64,000 nucleotides of DNA from an uncultured Planctomycetota bacterium (GCA_963823665.1 CAWGMQ010000005.1:1056001-1120000); one strand, 5' to 3'. Positions 42,790-53,097 are shown, counted from the stretch's first letter. The notes: a model not told the origin generated them from the sequence alone. A program made the numbers and translations.

Positions 42790-44448
42790 TCAAAGTCCGC
42801 TCAGGTCCAGTGCCGTCAGCTTGATCCCCTTCTTCAGGCCGAGCGTCTTCACGACTTGCTCATTCGCCGGAATCGTCAGGCTCCTCCGCGGCGACACGCA
42901 GATCCCCGTCAGAACCTTCGGCGTCTCGCTCGCCGGACTGTCCGTTCCCAGCAGGGCAAGACCGTTGAGTATCATCGGAGAGAAATTCTCAATCCGGATC
43001 TGATACACAAGCTTGCCCTTCTCGCGGGTCGTCGCACCCTTGATCACCTGCGCACGCACCAGCCGATTCAACACCCCCTCCGCGAAGCCGTCCGCAAATC
43101 GATTCACATCGAACTTGTCCCGGCCATCATCGAGCGGAAGGGTGAACTTGCCGAACGGAACCCAGTTCGAAGCCCCCGCGTCACTCCCCAGCACCTGAAC
43201 CGACGCTTCTCCTGCCTTCAGCTTCACTCGGCATGCAATTGCAGGCGCCTCCGGACGCTCGGCAAGCTTCTCCGAGACCGATGCGGCCAACCCCAAGATA
43301 GACTTGCGATCGAGCAACTTGCTCAACTCGTCCGCAAGCGGATGAGTCGTTTCATCCGACGCCACGACCTCGATCAACAGCCGCCCGCTTTCGGCTTCGT
43401 CCAGAGTATCCAGGCGGTTCACAAACTCCTTGGCCATCGCCAGCTCATGACGATTCGACCAGCCTTGCGAGAGCTGACCAATCGTGCTCCAGTCCAAACC
43501 CGCCGCCAGGTTCCACATCACCAGTTGCGAGAGCGACGTCGGCGCCTTTTCAGCCGCCAGCCGCCGCAACGCTTTCTGCACCCGTGCGTCATCGTTGACC
43601 TGCGAAATATCACCCACAATCCGCATCGGCTCACCCTTCTCGGGAAGACGCAAGCCATGCTCCGGATCGGGCGCCGTGATACTCACCAACCGCGTGGGCA
43701 AGTGCCTCGTCTGCCGCGGGTTCAGCTCTGCCGACGGAAGCATCGTCGGAGCCACCGAACGCATCCCACCACCCATACCGCCCATGCCGCCGCCCATCAT
43801 GCCACCGCCCATGCCGCCCATGCCGCCGCCCATGCCTCGCATGCCCATCATTCCAATCATGAGGCTGCGCATGTCCCAACTGTCGGGGTCGCCACAGAAA
43901 TACATGATGATTCGAGCCAGCATCATCATCCCCATCGTTGCCGGCATCGTACCCGACGTGCGACCCATGCCGCCCATACCTCCCATGCCGCCGCCCATGC
44001 CTCCGCCCATGCCTCCGCCCATGCCTCCCATCCCGCCGCCCATGCCGCCCATGCCGCCGCCCATGCCGCCGCCCATGCCGCCGCCCATGCCTCCCATCCC
44101 GCCGCCCATGCCTCCCATCCCGCCGAATTGACCAGTGGCGCCCTGCGCGATGATGCCCGGCGGCAGAACGACTCGCAGTCGATGCGGGGTATTATTGGAC
44201 AGCGAGAGCGTCATTCGACCGTCGCCTCTGCCCTCGGCGTTTATCGTCACCTGGCCATCACGTGCAGCGTCCAGCAAGTTGACCTCGACAACCGGTTGGT
44301 CGGCTTTTTGCTCGGTACTTCTGGCCTTCACCCGCGCAGGGCCGGCCTTGCTGCCAGCCTTGTCTTTGTCATCACCGCGTGCAGGGTGAGCAAGCGGGAG
44401 ACACGCCATGAAGGCGGCCGAGACGAATGCGCGAACGGTGTGATTCAT
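42790..44448 (-). CDS. Secreted Gly/Met-linker protein, paralog P2
   Basis: Same architecture as P1, P3 and P4. Confidence 0.88.
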   Translation of the reverse strand: MNHTVRAFVSAAFMACLPLAHPARGDDKDKAGSKAGPARVKARSTEQKADQPVVEVNLLDAARDGQVTINAEGRGDGRMTLSLSNNTPHRLRVVLPPGIIAQGATGQFGGMGGMGGGMGGMGGGMGGGMGGGMGGMGGGMGGMGGGMGGGMGGGMGGMGGMGRTSGTMPATMGMMMLARIIMYFCGDPDSWDMRSLMIGMMGMRGMGGGMGGMGGGMMGGGMGGMGGGMRSVAPTMLPSAELNPRQTRHLPTRLVSITAPDPEHGLRLPEKGEPMRIVGDISQVNDDARVQKALRRLAAEKAPTSLSQLVMWNLAAGLDWSTIGQLSQGWSNRHELAMAKEFVNRLDTLDEAESGRLLIEVVASDETTHPLADELSKLLDRKSILGLAASVSEKLAERPEAPAIACRVKLKAGEASVQVLGSDAGASNWVPFGKFTLPLDDGRDKFDVNRFADGFAEGVLNRLVRAQVIKGATTREKGKLVYQIRIENFSPMILNGLALLGTDSPASETPKVLTGICVSPRRSLTIPANEQVVKTLGLKKGIKLTALDLSGL

Positions 44449-44752
44449 CGAATCGGACCTTTCTTATGAAAGAGATCAATCGGAAATGCGGCGCAAGAAA
44501 TCGCCACATGTCTGTAATCAAACTCATTTTCTTATTGATTGATTCGGGGCCGGCACTGCTGTGAGGGCGGCAAAGATCATGGGGCCGGACGTGGGTAACG
44601 GCTTGCACAGCGACGCGCAAGCGAAGCGCCGGATAGCGTGCTCGCGGGCAGCCGGTCAGTTGTCGCGCAGAGGCCGCGCCTTATCCCGTGACCGGCAGGA
44701 AAAGACCCGGGCACACGAGTTAGGGAGAATGGAACCGGGAACCAAGGGCCCT

Positions 44753-45103
44753 TCAACAACGAAGCGGCGATTGGGTGGGAGCGCGGGGCGAGGTCCGAGC
44801 AATCGACCAAGGTGCAGTGAGCGTGCGTGGAACAAGCGCGGGGCCGAAATCAATCTCGTCGGGGAACTGGGGGCCCGTCTCGTTCAAAACGATCTTTGGC
44901 CGGGCTTTCCACGGCGCCAAGCGAACCAGGGTCGATGAGCGAGAGAGGCCGAATCCGACCGTGGAGGAGATGGACGAACCGCACCCGGCTGGAGCGAAAA
45001 CGGCGTGTCTGGCCGGAGACTGGGACGATCCGTCGGCGAACGCCGATGGCAACGTCAACAGGCCAACCAAGACAGCCGCGATCGCCGAGCGAATGGCGAA
45101 CAT
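44753..45103 (-). CDS. Small signal-peptide protein sB (116 aa) ending SPLRC
   Basis: Same length and motifs as sA. Confidence 0.75.
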   Translation of the reverse strand: MFAIRSAIAAVLVGLLTLPSAFADGSSQSPARHAVFAPAGCGSSISSTVGFGLSRSSTLVRLAPWKARPKIVLNETGPQFPDEIDFGPALVPRTLTAPWSIARTSPRAPTQSPLRC

Positions 45104-45423
45104 CCCGCTTCCTCGTATGAGGCGAATCGACAAATCCAACGTCCCACCGACGTAAATGCACGTACTACTCAAGAACCAGCCTAACTTACGCGGCTCGCTC
45201 GAACAAGACGCCATCAGATATCTTATCATGCGATTTCGCCCGTGCGACCGGCCATGAAATACCAGATGCGGACGAGTTTTGAAGGATCGCTTGTGGCCGA
45301 AGGCGGATTGCCTCGAACCAACCCGGGCGAGCCCTCCTCGCCCAGACTGGTCGAAATGCTGGCTTCGGAACGACTCCTTCCCTCGTCTCGCAATGTCCCG
45401 ACAGTACCCTGAGCAACCGACGA

Positions 45424-47097
45424 TCACAGTCCGCTCAGGTCCAGTGCCGTCAGCTTGATCCCCTTCTTCAGGCCGAGCGTCTTCACGACTTGCTCATTCG
45501 CCGGAATCGTCAGGCTCCTCCGCGGCGACACGCAGATCCCCGTCAGAACCTTCGGCGTCTCGCTCGCCGGACTGTCCGTTCCCAGCAGGGCAAGACCGTT
45601 GAGTATCATCGGAGAGAAATTCTCAATCCGGATCTGATACACAAGCTTGCCCTTCTCGCGGGTCGTCGCACCCTTGATCACCTGCGCACGCACCAGCCGA
45701 TTCAACACCCCCTCCGCGAAGCCGTCCGCAAATCGATTCACATCGAACTTGTCCCGGCCATCATCGAGCGGAAGGGTGAACTTGCCGAACGGAACCCAGT
45801 TCGAAGCCCCCGCGTCACTCCCCAGCACCTGAACCGACGCTTCTCCTGCCTTCAGCTTCACTCGGCATGCAATTGCAGGCGCCTCCGGACGCTCGGCAAG
45901 CTTCTCCGAGACCGATGCGGCCAACCCCAAGATAGACTTGCGATCGAGCAACTTGCTCAACTCGTCCGCAAGCGGATGAGTCGTTTCATCCGACGCCACG
46001 ACCTCGATCAACAGCCGCCCGCTTTCGGCTTCGTCCAGAGTATCCAGACGGTTCACAAACTCCTTGGCCATCGCCAGCTCATGACGATTCGACCAGCCTT
46101 GCGAGAGCTGACCAATCGTGCTCCAGTCCAAACCCGCCGCCAGGTTCCACATCACCAGTTGCGAGAGCGACGTCGGCGCCTTTTCAGCCGCCAGCCGCCG
46201 CAACGCTTTCTGCACCCGTGCGTCATCGTTGACCTGCGAAATATCACCCACAATCCGCATCGGCTCACCCTTCTCGGGAAGACGCAAGCCATGCTCTGGG
46301 TCAGGCGCCGTCACGCTCACCAACCGCGTCGGTAACTGCCTCGTCTGCTGCGGGTTGAGGTCCGCCGAAGGAAGCATGGTCGGAGCCACCGAACGCATCC
46401 CACCACCCATACCGCCCATACCACCGCCCATCATCCCCCCGCCCATGCCGCCGCCCATGCCGCCGCCCATCATCCCCATGCCGCCCATCATCCCGATCAT
46501 GAGGCTGCGCATGTCCCAACTATCGGGGTCACCGCAGAAATACATGATGATTCGAGCCAACATCATCATGCCCATCGTCGCCGGCATTGTGCCGGAAGTG
46601 CGGCCCATGCCGCCCATGCCGCCCATCCCACCGCCCATCCCACCGCCCATGCCGCCGCCCATCATCCCCATGCCGCCGCCCATGCCGCCGCCCATGCCGC
46701 CCATGCCGCCGCCCATGCCTCCCATGCCGCCGCCCATGCCTCCCATGCCGCCGCCCATGCCTCCCATGCCGCCGAATTGGCCGGTCGCGCCTTGGGCGAT
46801 GATGCCGGGGGGCAGCACGACGCGCAGTCGGCGCCGGGTGTTATTGGTCACTGCGAGCGTCATCCGGCCATCGCCTCGCCCTTCAGCGGTGATCGTCACT
46901 TGGCCGTCGCGTGCGGCGTCCAGAAGGTTGACTTCCTGAATCGGTTGCTCAGGCTTTTGCTGAGAACCCTTGAGTTTGGCCCGAACCCGGCCGGCATTCG
47001 TGGCCGACTTCTCCTTGTCATCACCGCGTGCAACGTGAGCAAGCGGCAGACACATCAGCAAACTGGCCGCGACGAAAACGCGAATCAAATGACTCAT
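45424..47097 (-). CDS. Secreted Gly/Met-linker protein, paralog P3
   Basis: Same architecture; 3' half almost identical to P2. Confidence 0.88.
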   Translation of the reverse strand: MSHLIRVFVAASLLMCLPLAHVARGDDKEKSATNAGRVRAKLKGSQQKPEQPIQEVNLLDAARDGQVTITAEGRGDGRMTLAVTNNTRRRLRVVLPPGIIAQGATGQFGGMGGMGGGMGGMGGGMGGMGGGMGGMGGGMGGGMGMMGGGMGGGMGGGMGGMGGMGRTSGTMPATMGMMMLARIIMYFCGDPDSWDMRSLMIGMMGGMGMMGGGMGGGMGGGMMGGGMGGMGGGMRSVAPTMLPSADLNPQQTRQLPTRLVSVTAPDPEHGLRLPEKGEPMRIVGDISQVNDDARVQKALRRLAAEKAPTSLSQLVMWNLAAGLDWSTIGQLSQGWSNRHELAMAKEFVNRLDTLDEAESGRLLIEVVASDETTHPLADELSKLLDRKSILGLAASVSEKLAERPEAPAIACRVKLKAGEASVQVLGSDAGASNWVPFGKFTLPLDDGRDKFDVNRFADGFAEGVLNRLVRAQVIKGATTREKGKLVYQIRIENFSPMILNGLALLGTDSPASETPKVLTGICVSPRRSLTIPANEQVVKTLGLKKGIKLTALDLSGL

Positions 47098-47361
47098 CGG
47101 TTGATGCCTTTCATGAATAAGGCGATGAATCGATCGTGGAAAGTAAGCAAACGCACGTGCAAATCACTCTGCAGCCACACAAACACGTCGCGAGCCCTGA
47201 TCACGTGGCAGAGCTCGCCATCGAAGCACAACAGCCTCGCGCGGCCGGCTCGAGTGAAGTGAAAACGAGCTAGCAGACGCGAGTCGACGCAATCGCACCG
47301 GCCATTTGTCACTGGCGTGGCGCGAGCGCCGCACTGAACGCCCCACGTACCGGCGCGCTGT

Positions 47362-47721
47362 TCAACAGCGGCGTCGGCAGGTTGTCGAGAGGAAAGGACG
47401 CACGAAGTGATTTGATGGAGGCGAGTTGTTCCCCTTCGGAACGTCGACGGGGCCCAGGTCGACTTCTTCAAACTCGCGTTGTGACTCTTCCAGCACAGCC
47501 TTCAGCCGGCTCTTGCGCCGTCCAACCCGCAACAAGGATGAACTGCCAGTGATTGAGGCGAGCGCCGGTAACGAATTCCATGATTCAAGGTGGCATTGCA
47601 CCACGACGGCACCGGTCCCGGGAGAGTTCCCGACCGAGGAGACCGAAGCAGCGACGGGCGAATTGAGGAAGCCCATCGTCAGGACCAGGATGCACCAGGG
47701 AACGGCGGACATCGGAAACAC
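47362..47721 (-). CDS. Small signal-peptide protein sC ending RRRC
   Basis: KSRLKAVLEE and EVDLGP align with sA/sB; same position in the array. Confidence 0.65.
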   Translation of the reverse strand: MFPMSAVPWCILVLTMGFLNSPVAASVSSVGNSPGTGAVVVQCHLESWNSLPALASITGSSSLLRVGRRKSRLKAVLEESQREFEEVDLGPVDVPKGNNSPPSNHFVRPFLSTTCRRRC

Positions 47722-47895
47722 CTTGATGGTCTAATCACGCTTATCACGCAAATCGCCGACCCGCGCGAGACGCACTCGCGCAGGTCGGTCGAAATCGCGT
47801 CAACTTATCCATTCCGAGAGATAGCCGGCCAATCATTCTCCGACTTGAGACATTGAACGCTTGTGTTGGCCTCTTTTTCAATGGCTTCGGAATCA

Positions 47896-49587
47896 TCACA
47901 GCCCGCTCAGGTCGAGCGCGGTCAGCTTGATCCCCTTCTTCAGGCCTAACTCTTTGACGACGTCCTCGTTAGCCGGAATGGTCAAGCTTCTCCGTGGTGA
48001 GACGCAGATGCCTGTCAGCACCTTCGGCCGCTCTTCTTCCGGGCTACCCGTACCCAAAAGCGCCAGCCCGTTGAGAATCATCGGAGAGTAGTTTTCGATC
48101 TTGATCTGGTAGACAAGCTTACCTTTCTCGCGGGTCGTCGCACCCTTGATAACTTGCGCCCGGACCAGGCGATTCAGCACGCCCTCGGCCAAACTGTCCG
48201 CAAACCGAGTCGCGTCGAACTTCCCTCCAGCCTGCTGAAGCGGAAGACTGAATTTACCGAACGGAACCCAGTTCGCAGCCGCCGCGTCACTCCCCAGCAC
48301 CTGAACCGACGCCTCACCATCCTTCAGCTTCACCCGGCAAGCAATCGCCGGGGCATCCGGATTGGCTGCCAGAGCCGCTTTTGATTCCGCAACCAACCCC
48401 AGAATGTACTTGCCTTCCATCGCCTTGCCCAGGTCTGTCGCCGCCCCCTGGCTCGCTTCATCCGATGCCACGATCTCCAGGAAGAGCCGACCACTCTCAC
48501 CAACAGGCAGCGTATCCAGCCGATTCACAAATTCCCTCGCCATCGCCAGCTCATGACGATTCGACCAGCTTTGCGAAAGCTCGGCAATCGTGCTCCAGTC
48601 CAGACCCGCCGCCAGATTCCACATCACCAGTTGCGATAGCGAAGTCGGCGCCTTCTCAGCCGCCAGCCGCCGCAACGCCTTCTGCACCCGCGCGTCGTCG
48701 TTCACCTGCGAAATATCACCCACGATCCGCATCGGCTCACCCTTCTCGGGAAGACGCAAACCGTGCTCCGCATCAGGCGCCGTGACGCTCACCAGCCGCG
48801 TCGGTAACTGCCTCGTCTGCTGCGGGTTGAGCAATGCCGAAGGAAGCAGTGTCGTAGGCACAGATCGCATGCCGCCACCACCCATTCCTCCGCCCATTCC
48901 TCCGCCCATGCCGCCGCCCATCATGCCACCGCCCATGCCACCGCCCATGCCGCCCATCATCCCGATCATCAAGCTGCGCATGTCCCAGCTATCCGGGTCG
49001 CCGCAGAAGTACATGATGATTCGCGCCAGCATCATCATTCCCATGGTCGCCGGCATTGTCCCAGACGTCCGGCCCATGCCTCCCATGCCGCCCATACCAC
49101 CGCCCATACCACCGCCCATACCACCGCCCATGCCACCACCCATACCACCACCCATACCGCCACCCATACCACCCATGCCGCCGCCCATGCCGCCACCACC
49201 CATACCGCCGCCCATGCCACCCATGCCGCCGAACTGGCCGGTGGCACCTTGGGCAATAATCCCTGGCGGAAGCACCACGCGCAATTGCCGGCGCGTATTG
49301 TTCGTCACGGATAGAGTCATACGTCCATCACCCCGGCCCTCAGCTTCAACCGTGACCAGACCGTCGCGCATCGCTGTCAGAAGGTTGATTTCGGGAGCGT
49401 GCGGGTCTTCCTTGACGGTCGCTTTATTTGTCTTGGCGCGCCCCTTGGTCGCCTTGCTTTGCGACGGAATCGCTTTCGCCCGAGGAAGATCGGTCTCGCC
49501 CTTATCCTGGGCAAGGACCGACAATGGAAGCAGGGCGAGCAAGCTTCCGGCGCAAAACGAGGTGAACCACCTGAGCGACTGAGACAT
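47896..49587 (-). CDS. Secreted Gly/Met-linker protein, paralog P4
   Basis: Same architecture; ATG at 49587 after gaaagg. Confidence 0.88.
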   Translation of the reverse strand: MSQSLRWFTSFCAGSLLALLPLSVLAQDKGETDLPRAKAIPSQSKATKGRAKTNKATVKEDPHAPEINLLTAMRDGLVTVEAEGRGDGRMTLSVTNNTRRQLRVVLPPGIIAQGATGQFGGMGGMGGGMGGGGMGGGMGGMGGGMGGGMGGGMGGGMGGGMGGGMGGMGGMGRTSGTMPATMGMMMLARIIMYFCGDPDSWDMRSLMIGMMGGMGGGMGGGMMGGGMGGGMGGGMGGGGMRSVPTTLLPSALLNPQQTRQLPTRLVSVTAPDAEHGLRLPEKGEPMRIVGDISQVNDDARVQKALRRLAAEKAPTSLSQLVMWNLAAGLDWSTIAELSQSWSNRHELAMAREFVNRLDTLPVGESGRLFLEIVASDEASQGAATDLGKAMEGKYILGLVAESKAALAANPDAPAIACRVKLKDGEASVQVLGSDAAAANWVPFGKFSLPLQQAGGKFDATRFADSLAEGVLNRLVRAQVIKGATTREKGKLVYQIKIENYSPMILNGLALLGTGSPEEERPKVLTGICVSPRRSLTIPANEDVVKELGLKKGIKLTALDLSGL

Positions 49588-49921
49588 CGAGAACGACCTT
49601 TCTAGACGATTCCGTAAGTGAGAAGCGATTGGCCATCGAGGCACGTCGGCATCGGCAACGCGACTGTCAATTGCCGTCGCAGTCACGTGTTCTTGTCCTA
49701 ATTGACGCTGGAGACGAGCAATCTATTCGGCAGTGACGGCGACCAACTCGCTCGATCGCCCAGTTTCCCTGCTCCCCGCCGGCTCATTCCCCCGCGTATC
49801 GGCTCCGAACCGTCAAGAATGCCTCACAACATGGTGTAATACCAGAACTTCGACCAGAGTGTTATTTGTTGTTGCGCACACGATCGGCAGGAACTGCCCC
49901 CCAAGTGCAGGAGCGCCGCGG

Positions 49922-51603
49922 ATGGAACGTGCGATTCCGCTCTGCATGAGCTTGATCGTGATCTTCGCCGTGGAATCGCGTGCCGCTGACGAACCGGCGC
50001 GGTCCTTGCGTGTCTTGGCCGATTTGAACCACACGGGCAATCTCATCAAGCCGCGCAACTCTCGGCGCTAGCCCCGAACGAATTCGGCATCGCTGTGCCG
50101 CTCCCGGCGCGAATCCTCGATCGAACCCGATTGCCCGAGAACTTGGCGCCAGGTGACCATAATCTTGAGAAGCTAGGGCGGCTCCGTGTCGAGATAACGC
50201 GGGGAGGGGGTGACCTCGTCGTTTCCATCGAAAGTGACAGTAGCCGTCAACTTCGCCTCTTTCAGAAGGCCAACGGCGAATGGCGGCGGTTGGCGACGGG
50301 TAAGGGTCAGTCATGGACGCTGGCGCCGGAACTTGATGGAGCCGTTGAAATGGGCATCGGTGTTCTGATGCCCGAGGCCCAACGAGGCGAGCCTCAGCCA
50401 ACCTGGCCTCGAACATTCGACGTCCTGGTCTCATCGCAGGCCCACCGCGGTGAGACCGTGCGCATTCCGTTCCGCGTGGCACCATGCATCATTCCCTCGG
50501 CGCTCGAGCCGGTCGAGGAACTGATGATCGTCTCCCTGCCCGTCACCGCTGATGCGGTGCTAGGCATACGAGCGCTCACGGCAGCAATGGGCGTCAAGCT
50601 CGTTGCTAATGAGGCCCACGACCTTTGCGATCAATGGATGCAGGACACGATCCAGCCCGGAATCTTCGCGTTCCCGACCGCCGTGCGCCGCGAACAGGCG
50701 CGCGCAAGCCTGATAGGGCTGCGCTCGAGGACCTCTGCGGCCCGGCTCGATCACCAGGTCGCCAGGAGGCTCCGCCGTCACGGCGTGCTGACGATAACGG
50801 CCGGAGTCCCGCGTGAGAACACTCGGTGGATCGACGGGTACGGCAACCTCGAGTCCACGCCTCCTCATACCAACCGCCACGGAACGAAGTATCCCTATGG
50901 CCGGGTTATCGTCGGCAAGCAACGCGAGCTCACAATGCATCCGGACGTGATGAAATTCCTCGAGGCACAAGGGTTGCAATGGCCGCCGATCGTCGCAGAT
51001 ACGTCTTGGTTGGCAATCGGACACGTTGACGAGGTCGTGAATTTCGTCCCGGCGAACACCGAAGCGGGCTTCAAGGTCCTTCTTCCCAGCCCGAAGGCAG
51101 CTCGAGACATGCTTGCGAGGCTTCTGGCGAGCGGCTTGGAACTGGCCCCGGTCTTCGCCGGGACGGAAAACGAGATGACCCTCGGCACCCCGCGGATGAC
51201 GATTGCCGAATCGTCAGAGAACCTGGCGATCGACCAAGCCGTCACCCGCCTCCTCAAGCAATTAAAGACCGAGCTGAACCTGGGCGATTCTGACTTCGTC
51301 ATGCTCCCAGCCCTGTTTCAGCGGGGTATCGCCGTGATCCCGAACCCGGTCAACAGCATGCTCGTCAATGGCGTTCTGCTCGTTGCGGAGCCGCGCGGCC
51401 CCCGGCAGAACGCGAAAGACGCCTTCGAGAACGCCATCCGCGCGGCCCTCACCGGATGCGATGTGCGACTGGTCTTCATCGACTCATGGAACGCATACCA
51501 CACGTCGGCCGGCGAGATCCACTGCGGCACCAACACCTTCCGCCGCCTGCGCGACCCGGCGTGGTGGAAGTACGTCGGGAATGCGGACCCGCACGCAAAG
51601 TGA
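49922..51603 (+). CDS. Protein-arginine deiminase (PADI-type) with signal peptide, frameshift near 50045
   Basis: WMQD, GNLE.TPP, YP.GR, WL.IGHVDE, GEIHCGTN, WW; leader MERAIPLCMSLIVIFAVESRAA lies in the adjacent frame. Confidence 0.85.
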
Positions 51604-51693
51604 GCCACCGCCGACCACGAAGCCGCGTATAATCGGATGGCCTCGAACCGTCGTTTGTTTTTTCCCCGTTCGACTCCCACCGTGCGGCCCCCG

Positions 51694-53097
51694 ATGCGCT
51701 CGTCGATTCGCAACCAGATCTTGATTCCACTCCTCTCCATTCAGGCGGTCACGGTCACTGCCGCCACCGTCACCATGGCCACGCTGGCGGTCAGGCGAAG
51801 CGAGCGCGAGATCATCAGCCGCATCAATGACGTGGCCGATACCCTCACCCACGGCAATTTCCCCTATAACGAGAGCGTTCTCAACCGAATGCGTGGGCTC
51901 TCCGGGGCCCACTTCGTCGTCATCGACTCAGCCGGGAACGTCTTGCACACCAGCCTCCAGCAACTCACGAGCTTGCCCGCTGCATTGCGCCAGTTGCCGC
52001 GTTCGGCGGACGTCGAGTCGCTCCAGCAGGCTCCGGCGATTCTCTTGGGCCGCACACCTTACTTCGCCACGTCCGTTCAGACCCGCAATCGGCCGCCCGG
52101 CGACTCGCTGTTTATCCTTTACCCTCGCACGAGTTTACAGCAAGCGAGGTGGGAAGCGGTCATGCCGTCGCTCTTGTTGGGTACCGGGTCCCTGGGGATG
52201 ATGATGCTCGTGACAAGCTGGATTGCCAACCACATCAGCCGGCGGATTCGCCAGGTGCAGCGCCAGGTGGCGCGGATTGCCGCAGGCGATTTCCATCAGG
52301 TCGAGCCGGTAGGGCGAGAAGACGAGGTCGCCGATCTGGCCCTCTCCGTGAACAGGATGTGTGCACAGCTCAAGGAGATGCAGCAGACCATTCATCGCTC
52401 CGAGCGCGCCCGGCTGCTCGCGCAGCTCGGTGCCGGGCTGGCCCATCAGCTCCGGAACTCGCTCACCGGCGCCAAGCTGAGTGTTCAGCTCCACGCAAAG
52501 CGCCACCCGGATGCCGCCGCCGACCAGACCCTTTCGGTCGCCCTCCGCCAGCTTGCACTCACGGAGGAGCATGTCCGGGGCCTGCTCTCCATCGGCCGCG
52601 TCGAGCAGGTTCCCCCCGAGGTCTGTGAGCTGCGACAGGTGCTCGACGATGTCGCATTCCTGGTCTCTCCCGCGTGCCAGCACGCCAAGGTCGCCTTCAT
52701 CCACCCGGCCGATGTGTCACCACCGGAATCGGTCGAGGTTTTCGCTGACCGGTCCGGCCTCCGGGCGGCGATACTCAACCTCGCGCTCAACGCCATCGAG
52801 GCAGCCGGTCAGGGGGGATCCGTCGCCATCGAGCTTCATCGGCGTGACCATGAGGTGACCGTCGAGGTCGTCGACAACGGGGCGGGACCGCCCCCCGAGC
52901 TGGCAGAAACTCTCTGTGACCCGTTTATCACCACCAAGCCGGAGGGCGTCGGCCTCGGCCTCGCACTCGCGCGGCAGGTCGCCGTCGATTACGGCGGCCA
53001 GCTCTCCTGGAGCCGCTCACACGGTGAAACCCGGTTCCGCCTGGCACTTCCCCGGCATCGCGCACTCTCGAAGGGGGCTGAATGGGCCGCATCTTGA
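51694..53097 (+). CDS. HAMP-containing sensor histidine kinase
   Basis: Two TM helices, DEV..L, LAHQLRN, N..LNA.EA, DNG.G, GVGLGL. Confidence 0.92.
   Translation: MRSSIRNQILIPLLSIQAVTVTAATVTMATLAVRRSEREIISRINDVADTLTHGNFPYNESVLNRMRGLSGAHFVVIDSAGNVLHTSLQQLTSLPAALRQLPRSADVESLQQAPAILLGRTPYFATSVQTRNRPPGDSLFILYPRTSLQQARWEAVMPSLLLGTGSLGMMMLVTSWIANHISRRIRQVQRQVARIAAGDFHQVEPVGREDEVADLALSVNRMCAQLKEMQQTIHRSERARLLAQLGAGLAHQLRNSLTGAKLSVQLHAKRHPDAAADQTLSVALRQLALTEEHVRGLLSIGRVEQVPPEVCELRQVLDDVAFLVSPACQHAKVAFIHPADVSPPESVEVFADRSGLRAAILNLALNAIEAAGQGGSVAIELHRRDHEVTVEVVDNGAGPPPELAETLCDPFITTKPEGVGLGLALARQVAVDYGGQLSWSRSHGETRFRLALPRHRALSKGAEWAAS

Noticed and set aside
41197..49582. Pro/Met-rich (MPP)n and Cys/Arg-rich plus-strand ORFs
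   Set aside because: Reverse-complement readings of the GGM tracts
40215..49587. Diversity-generating retroelement or RiPP cluster
   Set aside because: No reverse transcriptase, no adenine-specific variable region, and no RiPP maturase or transporter apart from the neighbouring PAD
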